NCBI GenBank assembly: GCA_019057385.1
Contig: JAHQJS010000003.1
Location: 83,212-147,211, forward strand
Source of the DNA: Candidatus Borrarchaeum weybense
GTDB taxonomy: Archaea; Asgardarchaeota; Sifarchaeia; Borrarchaeales; Borrarchaeaceae
DNA length: 64,000 bases
Direction: 5' to 3'
Shown: in pieces, positions 49,941 to 60,162 of the stretch
Position numbering within the stretch: position 1 is the stretch's first letter
How the letters are laid out: the number at the start of each line of letters is the position of its first letter
Made by a program: the position numbers and the translations under genes
Notes under the pieces: generated by a model
Seen by the model: only the letters and a program-made list of their open reading frames with translations
Told to the model about the DNA's origin: nothing
Database searches by the model: none

Positions 49941-50624
49941 ATGAAATTCGTGGACAAAATAAAAACCTCAGAATTTTTCATGCTTTTCGAAATCGCGAAA
50001 CTGGGTGCTCTAGAGAAAACGATAAAATTGACATCTGTACGAATTAGTGAAATATTTGCATTTAGCCAGCAAACTAGTGCAAGAAAACTTAGAAATTTAG
50101 AGCAATTGGGATGGATAAGCAGAGAAATTGTTCCAAAAGGGCAATTAATACGAATAACAAAGGAAGGAAGAGAAGTATTACAGAAAGTGTATTCAAATCT
50201 CAGTATTTTGTTCGTTAATCGGTTTCCTCCTGTAGTACTTGAAGGAGAAGTGTTTACGGGATTAGGAGAAGGTTCATATTATATCCAAAAGGAAGGCTAC
50301 TTAAAACAATTTAAGGAACAACTAGGCTTTACGCCTTATCCTGGAACACTAAATTTACGGCTTAGATCTAAAGCTGATATCAACGCAAAACAAGATCTTA
50401 GTACCATACCACACATCCCAATTGAGGGGTGGTCTAATGGTCAAAGAACCTATGGACCAGTCAAAGTATATCGTACTATGATCAACAATAAAGCCAGGGG
50501 GGCATTGTTGGACGCGGATCGCAGCCATTATGGTGAAGATGTTGTTGAGATCATAGCCCCAGAGTTTCTACGAAACATATTGGGATTAAAAGATGGAGAT
50601 ATTGTGCAATTATTATTTATCTAA
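49941..50624 (+). CDS. ribK: CTP-dependent riboflavin kinase with N-terminal wHTH
   Basis: SQQTSARKL HTH; GLGEGSYY, PYPGTLN, EIIAP..LR..LGLKDGD. Confidence 0.93.
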   Translation: MKFVDKIKTSEFFMLFEIAKLGALEKTIKLTSVRISEIFAFSQQTSARKLRNLEQLGWISREIVPKGQLIRITKEGREVLQKVYSNLSILFVNRFPPVVLEGEVFTGLGEGSYYIQKEGYLKQFKEQLGFTPYPGTLNLRLRSKADINAKQDLSTIPHIPIEGWSNGQRTYGPVKVYRTMINNKARGALLDADRSHYGEDVVEIIAPEFLRNILGLKDGDIVQLLFI

Positions 50625-50670
50625 CTTCATAATAGAAATCCTTCTTTATTTGACAACTAAAAGAAGTAAT

Positions 50671-52593
50671 TTAGTTGCTTTGATTTAGAATGATGTTTAA
50701 CTCTGCTTTTGCTCTATTTACTTCTTCTGATAACAAATGATTTGAGAGATTTGTTTTAACACAACCATATCGTTGCACGTACTTGAACAAGGCTGCAATT
50801 AAAGGAACATTTATCGCTTCAGCCAGTTTGTGTGAGGCTAAAATGATGAGTTTTCTTTTTGCACGTGTGATAGCAACATTGATTCTACGACTATCTTGTA
50901 ACACTTTTGCTGCCTTATGATTTAATCCATCATCTACTAAAGAAAGTAGTACTATATTGTTTTCTCGACCTTGATATGCGTCTATTGTGTTTGATTTGGA
51001 AATTGACCAAAGATTAATGACATTTATATGTTTTGAAAACAATTGTTTTATTAAACGTCCAATAAGTGCAGCCTGTAAACGGAAAGGTGTTACAACAGCC
51101 AAATCTTTTGCAAGGTTATATCCAGCTGTTTGATATTCTCTAATTATTCTGATAATTAGTGCAGTCTCAAATATATTGCAGGCTGAATATCGGTTTCCAA
51201 ACAGTTTCCATTCGATACCTTGACCATTAAGATTAAATGTATCGAGCCATGCAATGGGATACCGGCCAGATAAACTTTGACTTATACTATCCTTGTTTTG
51301 AGGAAAGTAATCAAGGTGGATATTTTCAATACCATAGGCAGTTTTTAATCGATCTTTGTAGATAAAATGGCTGGGAAACATGGCGATGTGTTTATTCGAG
51401 CGGTATTGGATATCTAAAAAGGTGCTAAAATCTGGATACTTAGTAATCAACATCTCAAATAGCGATTTTTCAAGTCGCTGATTTATGGGCACATTAAAAA
51501 TGGGTGGTAGTTGAAGATGGTCTCCCACCAAGATTATTTTCTTACCAAAAACCATGCCAACAAGCGTCAAGGGTATGTTCGCCATGCTAGCCTCGTCTAT
51601 GATGACATAATCGAAGGGAGGGTGATCCCAGTCAAAATCGCGTCGTAAAGTATACATTCCAGCTTTTGTTAATGTCGAACCCACGACTTTCCATGATTTA
51701 AAATCTTTGACACTGCTAATCGTACCTAACAGCGGTCTAATTGCTGGTAGCAACTTGGCATTCATACCTAAGCGCAGCAATATTTTCCTAAGATCGTGAT
51801 GTGTTGTGTCATGCAGGACGTCTATGAGTTTTTCCAAGGCATTATCAACCGCAACGTTGGTATGAGAGGTGATAAGGACGTTCTTATTTCTGATAAGGAG
51901 TTGTGTAACCAATTCTGCAATGGTGGTAGTTTTTCCAGTACCAGGAGGCCCATGAATCAAATAAAAGTAAGTCTCATCTGTTAAATTGAGACATTTTGTA
52001 ACGGCTTCCAATTGTGACTCGTTGAGTATTTCAGTGGTGTAATTTAGTGCACTAGGGAAGATTGGGTTAAACTCTGCTTGTCTTTCAAGCAGTTTTCTTA
52101 GTTTCTGTAGGTGTTTACTTTTCCCCTGCTCAATTCTCTCCAAAATATTTTCCTGAATCCTTAACAGGATTTGGTCATCAGCTTTTCGTAGACTAATTTC
52201 GTCACAACATCGTAATTCTTCTGGCAAGAAATTCCCTGAAAAGGAAATATAGTAATTTTTAGCATCATAGTCTATAATAACCCCATATTTCTCTCTCTTT
52301 GGATATAAAAGAGATCGATCTTTATTGTTTACTAAAAATGTACCATCATTTCCATTTCCCCATGTAGCTATTATTGCATCTCCTGGCTTAACTCTAAAAT
52401 CACCTATAGTTTGGATTTTTTCAACTTTTATATTTGCCAAGAAACGATATTTCTTTGAAATGTTAAAATCTGGTCGCCCAATTAGTCTAGGAGTTGTTTG
52501 TATTTGAGTTAGGTCTTTTTCCTTTGCCCTGGTTAAATAGTCCCATAAATGGCTATATGCAGAATCTTTGATGTCGAGTTCTTCAAGATTCAT
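50671..52593 (-). CDS. SF1 helicase (DNA2/NAM7/Upf1-like)
   Basis: HGPPGTGKTT, IIDEASM, GDHLQLPP, QYRS, YQGRE, RRINVAITRAK. The first 18 codons of the ORF track come from the IscB element end. Confidence 0.9.
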   Translation of the reverse strand: MNLEELDIKDSAYSHLWDYLTRAKEKDLTQIQTTPRLIGRPDFNISKKYRFLANIKVEKIQTIGDFRVKPGDAIIATWGNGNDGTFLVNNKDRSLLYPKREKYGVIIDYDAKNYYISFSGNFLPEELRCCDEISLRKADDQILLRIQENILERIEQGKSKHLQKLRKLLERQAEFNPIFPSALNYTTEILNESQLEAVTKCLNLTDETYFYLIHGPPGTGKTTTIAELVTQLLIRNKNVLITSHTNVAVDNALEKLIDVLHDTTHHDLRKILLRLGMNAKLLPAIRPLLGTISSVKDFKSWKVVGSTLTKAGMYTLRRDFDWDHPPFDYVIIDEASMANIPLTLVGMVFGKKIILVGDHLQLPPIFNVPINQRLEKSLFEMLITKYPDFSTFLDIQYRSNKHIAMFPSHFIYKDRLKTAYGIENIHLDYFPQNKDSISQSLSGRYPIAWLDTFNLNGQGIEWKLFGNRYSACNIFETALIIRIIREYQTAGYNLAKDLAVVTPFRLQAALIGRLIKQLFSKHINVINLWSISKSNTIDAYQGRENNIVLLSLVDDGLNHKAAKVLQDSRRINVAITRAKRKLIILASHKLAEAINVPLIAALFKYVQRYGCVKTNLSNHLLSEEVNRAKAELNIILNQSN

Positions 52594-52650
52594 TGAAATC
52601 GCCTTTGGAGACTCCTTACTTTTAAGGTGGAGAGGAAAGATGCGCAAAAA

Positions 52651-53853
52651 CTAACATAAACTGAATAATAACCCTTTTCCATATTTTACCAACTCCACTT
52701 TTTTAATTGTGACGCTGTGATTTTTTCCTTTAGGATTGTCCAATAAAACTCGTTTTCCGTAACAATGAACTCCTTTCACTCTATATGTACTATTATTATA
52801 CTTGACAAGGTCATATGGTAGCAACTGGTATTTTTGTCTCCTAATAGATGGTTTGAATCCCTTTCGATTCGTCTGTAGCGAACGGTTATTGCGCCTGACT
52901 TGTATCACCTCATATGGTCTGCAGCGTTCTTGGTTGGTTCCGCCGGCAATAACGAACGCGTCATTAACATGAGATTTTTCTAAACCTAACTTATTGCGGT
53001 GGTATTTAGTAACGTATCCGTAAGTATATTCTGCATCTAATTGCTCTACTAACTTCCAACGAATGCTATTCAGACACGCGGTTGCTTTAAGTGATTTCTT
53101 TGCCTTTTTCTGTATGTGTAGGTAGCCGAACTCCTCGGCGGTCTTATCTCCTTTTTTAAGGTTACATTTCTTGCATGCAATCGTCAAATTCGACACTCTA
53201 TCAGTTCCTCCTCGACTTTTAGGGACGATATGCTCAACTTCTACGGGAACACCCGTTTTACCACAATAGGCACATGTACGCCCCCATTTGTCTAAAAGGT
53301 ATTCTTTGACTTCGTAACCCTGAAGTTCGCCCTGTTGATACTCTACACCTGTAATTTCTGGGTTCTGCATTTTGTGAGCGTCGAAATTGCCCACCTCTAC
53401 CTTTTTGAAAGGTATTGGTAGCAACTTTTCAAGCGTTTCAACTAATCGAATATGTGACTCTTGTTTATGCTGAATACTGGGAGCTAACCAGCCTTCAGGT
53501 CGTGTTCGGTTATCAAATCGTGGTGGTCGATACCCTAATCTGCCTCTACGAGTTCTACGATACATACGTTTTTCCGCTAGCTTTTTAGAAACATCCTTGC
53601 GCAAGGTCAAAGTACCACTGATGACTTCTAACTTATCGGTCTTAGCACTAAATCCGATGTTCATATATCCGAGGTCCACTCCCAGTGCAATCGGTTGCCT
53701 AGTTTCTCCGGTAGCATAGTTAAACTGAATGGTAAAAGGGCATCGCTGAACAACGTGTGCCTTGCCTTCTTTTAACAACTTCTTGCCGTTGTGTTGTGTA
53801 GTAGGCATGAGCGGTTGCCCCCTCATGTTTACCACATAGATAGGTACTCTCAA
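52651..53853 (-). CDS. iscB: RNA-guided endonuclease IscB
   Basis: PLMP domain, RuvC-I GVDLG, Arg-rich bridge helix, RuvC-II E, HNH (CAYC..EHIVPKSRGG..NL..C..CN), RuvC-III SHVNDA. Confidence 0.96.
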   Translation of the reverse strand: MRVPIYVVNMRGQPLMPTTQHNGKKLLKEGKAHVVQRCPFTIQFNYATGETRQPIALGVDLGYMNIGFSAKTDKLEVISGTLTLRKDVSKKLAEKRMYRRTRRGRLGYRPPRFDNRTRPEGWLAPSIQHKQESHIRLVETLEKLLPIPFKKVEVGNFDAHKMQNPEITGVEYQQGELQGYEVKEYLLDKWGRTCAYCGKTGVPVEVEHIVPKSRGGTDRVSNLTIACKKCNLKKGDKTAEEFGYLHIQKKAKKSLKATACLNSIRWKLVEQLDAEYTYGYVTKYHRNKLGLEKSHVNDAFVIAGGTNQERCRPYEVIQVRRNNRSLQTNRKGFKPSIRRQKYQLLPYDLVKYNNSTYRVKGVHCYGKRVLLDNPKGKNHSVTIKKVELVKYGKGLLFSLC

Positions 53854-54126
53854 GTCCTATCGCCTCCTTTAACGTCTGTTAAAGTAGGTTGGTTCTCTTC
53901 GCCAAGGTTATCAGTCAGTACTCTACGGTGATCACTGAGAGTTTCCTCTCTGTTTAAACCATCATTTACAGAGCAAGGGACTAGAGAAGCATCCCTTGGT
54001 GTGTTCTTGAACTCTCCTGATAACTCAGATACCGCCATAAACTGTATGACCTCTCTTAGGCTAATCAACTAATTGCTCTCATTCCTCACGGAACAAGCCC
54101 CTACCCTTTAGGTTGGGGTAATTGAC
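53854..54126 (-). ncRNA. IscB omegaRNA scaffold (guide comes from the flank above 54126)
   Basis: Typical order GTCAA-hairpin, AGTTGATTAGCCTAAG, GGATGCTTCTCTAGTCCC, TAAACA, AACCTTGGCGAAGAGAAC. Confidence 0.85.
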
Positions 54127-54330
54127 CTAATACGACCTTTGTACTCTTTGTGGATGAGCCTAGAAATCTCTTTCCAACAAAGAAATTCACTTTTTCCGCT
54201 TCTTTTTCGATTCTTTCAGCTATTCACTCTGGAGATATAAAGAAAATATATAAACTCCACTTATCATTCATCATTGAGCATAGAGCTTGTGCTTCCTTAT
54301 GATAACAATGAATTAAGAATGGGAATCAAA

Positions 54331-55896
54331 ATGGGAAAGTTTGATCTGCAAAAATTGAAAGCAGAGATGGAAAAGGATTATGAAAAGGCCTGGCTCATGT
54401 CTAAAAGCCTTTTAAAAGAAAAAGGAAGGCTTTTACGTTTAAAGCCACAGGGAAAACCACATCCAATATTTACATTTATTGAAAGAGCACGAAAAACATT
54501 ACTGAGACTAGGCTTTAAGGAAACTGTTTTACCAATTATCGTAGATGAGGGAACCATATTTCGCGAATATGGACCTGAAGCATGCCTGATTCTTGACCGT
54601 ATATTCTATTTAGCAGGGTTACCACGACCTGATATCGGAATTTCCAAAGAGAAACTTGAACAAATTCAAGAAATTATCCCTGGATTTGAAAAGGTTTCTG
54701 AATTACAAAAAATCTTCAGAGAATACAAAGCGGGTAAAGTTGAAGCCGATAATATGCTTGAAGTTATTGTTTCAGATCTAGAAGTGAAAGAAGATGATGC
54801 AAGTAAGATGATTGATTCTGTTTTCTCAGAAATGAAAAGACTTGAGCCAATCCCTACAAAACTGACATTAAGGAGTCATACCACAGCATTATGGTTTCCA
54901 GCATTAGCCAAGATCCAATATTTGCAACCTCTCCCAGTACAACTATTTAGCATAGGCCCAAAGTTCCGAAGAGAGCAGAAACTAGATAGCACTCATCTTT
55001 ACTCAAGTTATACTATCTCGTATGTAATCATGGCAGATATGACATTAGAAGATGGTAAAATTGTTGTTGAAGATTTTTTGAAAGAACTTGGATATAAAGA
55101 AGTCATCTTTGCAAAAAAACGAGCTACATCGAAATATTATGCTCCTCAAACAGAATCAGAAATTTTTATTGAACATCCAAAGACTGGAGAAGTTATTGAA
55201 ATAGGAGATTTAGGTTTTTATTCACCAATAGCACTTGCAAACTTCGGAATAGAATATCCAGTATTTAATGCAGGTTTTGGAGTGGAACGTTTTGTTATGG
55301 TCGAAACTGGCGAAACAGACATCCGACAACTTGTTTATCCTTATTTTTACTCTAGAGTGGATCTAAAAGATGAAGAACTTCTAAAGGGGATTAAATTAAC
55401 TGAAAGCCCAGAAACAGATCTTGGAAAAGAAATAATGCAGGCGATCATAAATATCGCTGAAGAACATAAGGATGACAGTTCTCCAACAAAAGTATTAGCA
55501 TGGCAAAAACATTTTGAATCTCAACTCACGCAAATCTATGTTTGGGAACCTGATCCTGATGTCAAACTATTAGGCCCTGCCGCATTAAATGAAATTTTGG
55601 TCTCTGAAGGAAATATAATCGGAGTGGTTCCAACTGAAAAGTTAAAGAAGGAAGGTCAGTCGACTGGAATTCGATATTTAGATGCTGTAGTTGCCAAAGC
55701 AGCAAAAGATATAGAAGATCTACTAAAGAGTGACAGAAATGAGTATACGTTAAGAGTAAGAATGGTTAAAAATGCAGCTGATATAAATTTAACAATAGAA
55801 GAACCTACAAGGAGAATTATCACTTCAAAAGGAAAAAAAATCGATATTAGAGGTCCTGTATTTATTGGTATTCTTATGGAAACAAAATCACTTTAG
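54331..55896 (+). CDS. sepS: O-phosphoseryl-tRNA(Cys) synthetase
   Basis: YGPEA..ILDRIFYLAGLPRPDIG, TLRSHTT, FRREQKLD..HL, GPAALN, IDIRGPVF. Confidence 0.95.
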   Translation: MGKFDLQKLKAEMEKDYEKAWLMSKSLLKEKGRLLRLKPQGKPHPIFTFIERARKTLLRLGFKETVLPIIVDEGTIFREYGPEACLILDRIFYLAGLPRPDIGISKEKLEQIQEIIPGFEKVSELQKIFREYKAGKVEADNMLEVIVSDLEVKEDDASKMIDSVFSEMKRLEPIPTKLTLRSHTTALWFPALAKIQYLQPLPVQLFSIGPKFRREQKLDSTHLYSSYTISYVIMADMTLEDGKIVVEDFLKELGYKEVIFAKKRATSKYYAPQTESEIFIEHPKTGEVIEIGDLGFYSPIALANFGIEYPVFNAGFGVERFVMVETGETDIRQLVYPYFYSRVDLKDEELLKGIKLTESPETDLGKEIMQAIINIAEEHKDDSSPTKVLAWQKHFESQLTQIYVWEPDPDVKLLGPAALNEILVSEGNIIGVVPTEKLKKEGQSTGIRYLDAVVAKAAKDIEDLLKSDRNEYTLRVRMVKNAADINLTIEEPTRRIITSKGKKIDIRGPVFIGILMETKSL

Positions 55897-55979
55897 GAGA
55901 CATTAACTCTGAAATAATTGTATATTATGGTTCATAACGAGAAATTGTTTAACAATACAGAAATTTATGCAAAACAGGG

Positions 55980-56699
55980 ATGTGTTTGAACTTTCAAACC
56001 AAGAGGGTTATCACTCAATGTTTGATGAAAAGATTCTCTGAAAAGATTGAATATAACTCAATTGATCTTGATTCTCTTGGAAAAGAACAGATGTATCTTG
56101 CTAAAAAAGTTATTCTTAAAGACAAGTTTGGTACTCCCGTTGTTTTAGCAGGAGTAGATCTGTCATATAAAAATACTACTTGTATAGTTGCTTATGTTGC
56201 GCTTAAGTTTAAAACGTTAGAAATCTTAGAGAGAAAAGCAATAAAACAAAAAGTTGTTTTTCCCTATATCCCTACTTTTCTCGCATTTAGAGAGGGACCT
56301 CCTACCTTAGCGCTCCTAGAAAAAATTAATACACGCCCAGATGTCCTAATGATTAATGGTCATGGGATTGCTCATCCACTCTTTTATGGATACGCATCTC
56401 ATATAGGCGTCCTTACTAGCATACCAACCATTGGCATAGCTACTAAACTTCTATATGGAATGGTTTGTGAAATACCAGCTAATGTAGGATCATATTGCTA
56501 CGTAAGTTATAAAGGCAGAAGGGTGGGGGCAATTTTTCTATCAAAAAAGGGTTGTAAGCCCATCATTGTTTCGCCAGGACACCTAATAACTATTGATAGT
56601 TGCTTAAGAATAGTAAAATGTTCTTTAAAAGGCTATAAGTTACCAGAGCCACTTCGTTTAGCTCATAAACTTGCTCAAGAGGAAAAAATGGCTATTTAA
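55980..56699 (+). CDS. nfi: Endonuclease V
   Basis: GVDLSY, FPYIPTFLAFRE, GHGIAHP, VSPGH, LPEPLRLAH. The second catalytic Asp appears as Asn (MINGHG). Confidence 0.9.
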   Translation: MCLNFQTKRVITQCLMKRFSEKIEYNSIDLDSLGKEQMYLAKKVILKDKFGTPVVLAGVDLSYKNTTCIVAYVALKFKTLEILERKAIKQKVVFPYIPTFLAFREGPPTLALLEKINTRPDVLMINGHGIAHPLFYGYASHIGVLTSIPTIGIATKLLYGMVCEIPANVGSYCYVSYKGRRVGAIFLSKKGCKPIIVSPGHLITIDSCLRIVKCSLKGYKLPEPLRLAHKLAQEEKMAI

Positions 56700-56825
56700 T
56701 ATAATCAATGGCTTCAAAATTAATAACGGTGGGTTTTCTCGCTGATTTCGTAGGAACGAAAAGATTAAAAAAGAATGCCAATATTCTCCAGATAGAACGC
56801 GTTCAGTAGATTTTGGTGTTATAAG

Positions 56826-57020
56826 ATGATCATTCCCATTCGTTGTTTCACATGTGGAAAGGTAATTGGAGATAAGTGGATACCCTTCTCTCAGAAGATA
56901 AAACAAGGCGAATCTCCAAAAGAAATATTAGATGAATTAAATATAACAAGATATTGTTGTCGAAGAATACTTTTAAGTCACGTTGACCTAATAGATGACA
57001 TCCTAAAACTGATGCGATAG
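56826..57020 (+). CDS. rpoN: RNA polymerase subunit Rpo10 (N)
   Basis: [12 protein letters not shown]...RYCCRR. Confidence 0.97.
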   Translation: MIIPIRCFTCGKVIGDKWIPFSQKIKQGESPKEILDELNITRYCCRRILLSHVDLIDDILKLMR

Positions 57021-57191
57021 ATTAAAATAAATGTATATGTAAAAATTAGGCGATTTATTTGGAGAATAAGAGTCGCTAATTCTGAGCAGAATGACCCTTT
57101 TCGGTTTTGAATAAACGTTTAGTTTCTTAAGTGTTGGAATGTGTTAGGAAGTAAATATGAAATCATAGGAAAATGAAAAGGAGGAGAAGAA

Positions 57192-57999
57192 ATGGTAGAT
57201 AAAAAGTCGGTACCACCTCTTAAACTTATATCTGATGAAGGTATCCGATCTGATGGTCGCAAATTTGATGAATTAAGACCAATGAAAATGGAGATTGGTG
57301 TGCTTAAAACGGCTGACGGATCAAGTTATGTAGAACAAGGAAGAAATAAGATTTACGCGGCTGTATATGGTCCACGAGAGTTACATCCGCGTCATTTAGC
57401 CTTACCAAATAAAGCTCGTGTAAGGTGTACTTATCGAATGGCATCTTTCTCAGTAGAAGGCATTCAATTTCTAAATAGCCTGCTGAAATGAAAGAAAAAG
57501 CCCTGCTCCAAGTAGAAGGGAACAGGAATTATCCATGGTCATTCGTGAGTCATTAGAGCCAGCAATTTTTTCCATTATGTTTCCTCGAACCGCTGTAGAT
57601 ATTTATATCGAAATTACACAAGCGGATGGAGGAACACGATGTGCTAGCATCACTGCCGCATCTTTAGCTCTTGCAGACGCAGGAGTACCACTAAAAGATT
57701 TAGTAGCAGGATGTGCTGCTGGAAAAATTGAAGGGACACTTGTTTTAGATCTCGATGACACTGAAGACAAATGTGGTGAGGCAGATCTTCCTTTAGCATT
57801 TATCCCTCGAACAGAAGAGATTACATTGCTTCAAATGGATGGATCATTTTCACCAAAAGAGTTTGAAGATGCAATGAATTTAGCTATTACTGGCTGCAAA
57901 AATATCTACGAAATGCAAAAAGAAACATTGAAGAACAAATATGCTGAGATTCGCGATGAAACTGATTCTGAGGATGATATCTCCGAAGAAGGTGATTAA
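57192..57999 (+). CDS. rrp41: Exosome catalytic subunit Rrp41, two exons (57192-57456 and 57488-57999)
   Basis: [25 protein letters not shown]|[25 protein letters not shown]. Frame is restored by removing 31 nt. Confidence 0.92.
57457..57487 (+). other. BHB intron in rrp41 mRNA (31 nt)
   Basis: TCTTTC-T-CAGT-AG^A-AGGC...GCCT-GCTG-AA^A-T-GAAAGA: 4-bp helix CAGT/GCTG, two 3-nt bulges, inner and outer stems. Confidence 0.88.
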
Positions 58000-58000
58000 A

Positions 58001-58804
58001 ATGGTTAAGTCTGAGAAAATCCTTTCTGAAATCGAACAAAACTATATTGAAAAACTTGTAAACAAGGGCAATCGTATTGATGAACGTTCGCTAGATGAAT
58101 TTAGGGAAATTACAATAAAGACCAACACTATTGAAAAAGCGAACGGCTCGGCTGATGTAATTTTAGGCAATACCAGAGTTTTAGCAGGAATTAAAATGGA
58201 AATGGGTACTCCATACCCTGATATGCCCGATGAGGGTGTTGTCACTGTAAGTGCAGAACTTGCACCAATTGCTTCCCCTTTCTTTGAAAGTGGACCTCCT
58301 ACAGAAGTAGGGATTGAATTAGCAAGAGTAGTCGACCGAGGCGTGAGACAATCACATGCTGTTGATACGAAAAAGTTGTGTATTATTGAGGGAGAAAAAG
58401 TATGGATTGTCTTTGTTGATATTTATGCCTTAGATCATGATGGAAATCTCATTGATGCTTCTGCCTTAGCAGTCATGGCTGCTCTTATGACAGCAAAAAT
58501 GCCGAAGTTAGAAATCAAAAAAGATAACGAAATTGAATATCTTGAAGAAACAATTCCACTCCCTATAGTTGACCATCCCATTGCTGTCACCATAGCAAAA
58601 ATGAATGGTGCTACGATAGTTGATCCATGTCTTAAAGAAGAATTTGCAATGACAGGGCGAATAACCTTTACATTTACTCAAGATGGAAATCTTTGTGCAT
58701 TACAAAAAGGAGGAGATGGAACTTTTAAGCTACCTGAAGTATTAAGTGCGTTTGAGACAGCAAGAAAAATAGCGCCTCAATTAAGAAAGTTCTTACCTGA
58801 ATGA
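58001..58804 (+). CDS. rrp42: Exosome subunit Rrp42
   Basis: RIDERSLDEFR, FESGPP, ELARVVDRG, HDGNLIDA, QKGG. Confidence 0.95.
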   Translation: MVKSEKILSEIEQNYIEKLVNKGNRIDERSLDEFREITIKTNTIEKANGSADVILGNTRVLAGIKMEMGTPYPDMPDEGVVTVSAELAPIASPFFESGPPTEVGIELARVVDRGVRQSHAVDTKKLCIIEGEKVWIVFVDIYALDHDGNLIDASALAVMAALMTAKMPKLEIKKDNEIEYLEETIPLPIVDHPIAVTIAKMNGATIVDPCLKEEFAMTGRITFTFTQDGNLCALQKGGDGTFKLPEVLSAFETARKIAPQLRKFLPE

Positions 58805-58878
58805 CCTTGTTTATCTAGACGTTTTCTCCTTATTCGATACCATATTTGAACATCTCAAATATTAATTTCAAGTAAGGT

Positions 58879-59283
58879 CTATCGATAGGATTTTTGGAAG
58901 CGCTGTCTCGCTCCTCTGCCACCAAATTTTTTCGGTTCTTTCCTTCTGGCATCTGAAACAAGAAGCATTCGGTCATACTCTAGGAATTTTCGCTTAATCT
59001 CGGGTTTATCTGTCCATTCTGATATGGCTTTTGCTAAGGCAGTTCTAACAGCCTCTGTCTGCCCCATAAACCCTCCACCTCTGACATCGAGGTTTATATC
59101 AATTTGGTTGATAATTTCTGTGCCTGCTAGTATCACTGGTTCCATAATTTTCCATCTGCATAACTCTGGTTCAAATATTTCTAAAGGAATCTTGTTTATT
59201 CGTATTTTACCCTTACCTGGTCTGATTATAGCCCGAGCAATCGCTGTTTTCTTTTTTCCTGATGTTAATATAACTTTAGGCAT
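58879..59283 (-). CDS. rps9: Ribosomal protein uS9
   Basis: [29 protein letters not shown]. Confidence 0.97.
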   Translation of the reverse strand: MPKVILTSGKKKTAIARAIIRPGKGKIRINKIPLEIFEPELCRWKIMEPVILAGTEIINQIDINLDVRGGGFMGQTEAVRTALAKAISEWTDKPEIKRKFLEYDRMLLVSDARRKEPKKFGGRGARQRFQKSYR

Positions 59284-59284
59284 A

Positions 59285-59725
59285 TTATTCCCTCTTTGAA
59301 GGAGACCATCCAATCTCTTTACATATCTCAGATAGATAGACTTTCTTTCTGATAGTTTTACATTCAATCTTAGGGAGAGATTCGATTGGAACATCTTTAA
59401 GATGTTTTGGTGTACCCATATACACTTTTAGGCGTTCATATGCTGTTCTTCCGCGAGGTGTATCCCAAGGTAACATTCCACGTATTATACGACGAAGAAA
59501 TCTATCAGGCATACGTTGATGTAGTGGTCCTTTCCATGGGGCGGTTGCAGTCCTTATTTGTAACCTTCCTTTATATTTTCGCAATATGCTTTTTGGATCT
59601 CCAGTAATAATGCCTTTTTCTGCATTTATAATAATAATTTTATCGCCAAGTAGTAATCTTTTTGCAACTGAGCTTGATAATCGACCAACTATTTTATTTT
59701 CTGCGTTTATGACCAATTCATTCAT
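59285..59725 (-). CDS. rpl13: Ribosomal protein uL13
   Basis: [29 protein letters not shown]. Confidence 0.96.
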   Translation of the reverse strand: MNELVINAENKIVGRLSSSVAKRLLLGDKIIIINAEKGIITGDPKSILRKYKGRLQIRTATAPWKGPLHQRMPDRFLRRIIRGMLPWDTPRGRTAYERLKVYMGTPKHLKDVPIESLPKIECKTIRKKVYLSEICKEIGWSPSKRE

Positions 59726-59790
59726 TCTTAGACCACCGAAAGGAGATTTAGTTAAATTACAAGGATTAATTAAATTATTTTTCAATTTGA

Positions 59791-60162
59791 TTATGTAATG
59801 ACCTTAATGTTCGATCCCTTTGGATTTTGTTTTATTAGTTCTTGTAAAGTAAGGCATTTACCGCCACTAAAGAGTATTTTTTCTCTTGCATGTTGAGAAA
59901 AATTTAAAGCCGCAATAGTAACATGATGCAAGAGTTTACCAGAGGATAATACTTTTCCTGGAACAATTACTATATCATCCTGCTTCGTTAGACGATTAAT
60001 TTTACTAAGATTAACCTCTACATTGGTTCTACGAGGCTTTTGTAAATAGTTGTCGACATCCCTCCAAATGCTAGCATGCCATTTATGTGCACTTCTACGT
60101 AAGTATCTTCTTATAGATTGCACATTAGGATTAGTTGGACCTGTAGATTTCAGATTTTTCAC
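59791..60162 (-). CDS. rpl18e: Ribosomal protein eL18
   Basis: TGPTNP, VNLSKINR, VPGKVL, NPKGS. The start may be CTG at 60153. Confidence 0.95.
   Translation of the reverse strand: MKNLKSTGPTNPNVQSIRRYLRRSAHKWHASIWRDVDNYLQKPRRTNVEVNLSKINRLTKQDDIVIVPGKVLSSGKLLHHVTIAALNFSQHAREKILFSGGKCLTLQELIKQNPKGSNIKVIT

Larger units (their letters stand above)
52594..54126 (-). mobile_element. IS200/IS605-superfamily IscB element (omegaRNA + iscB, no tnpA)
   Basis: Begins with a GTCAATTACCCC hairpin and ends after the hairpin CTCCACCTTAAAAGTAAGGAG, followed by ATGA. Confidence 0.88.

Noticed and set aside
52594-52647. N-terminal 18 aa of the helicase ORF
   Set aside because: Derived from the IscB element end hairpin
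53850-54068. 72-aa ORF upstream of iscB
   Set aside because: It lies within the omegaRNA scaffold
57192-57999. rrp41 as a sequencing frameshift or two genes
   Set aside because: There are 31 extra nt relative to the conserved motif, not a 1-nt indel, and they form a BHB
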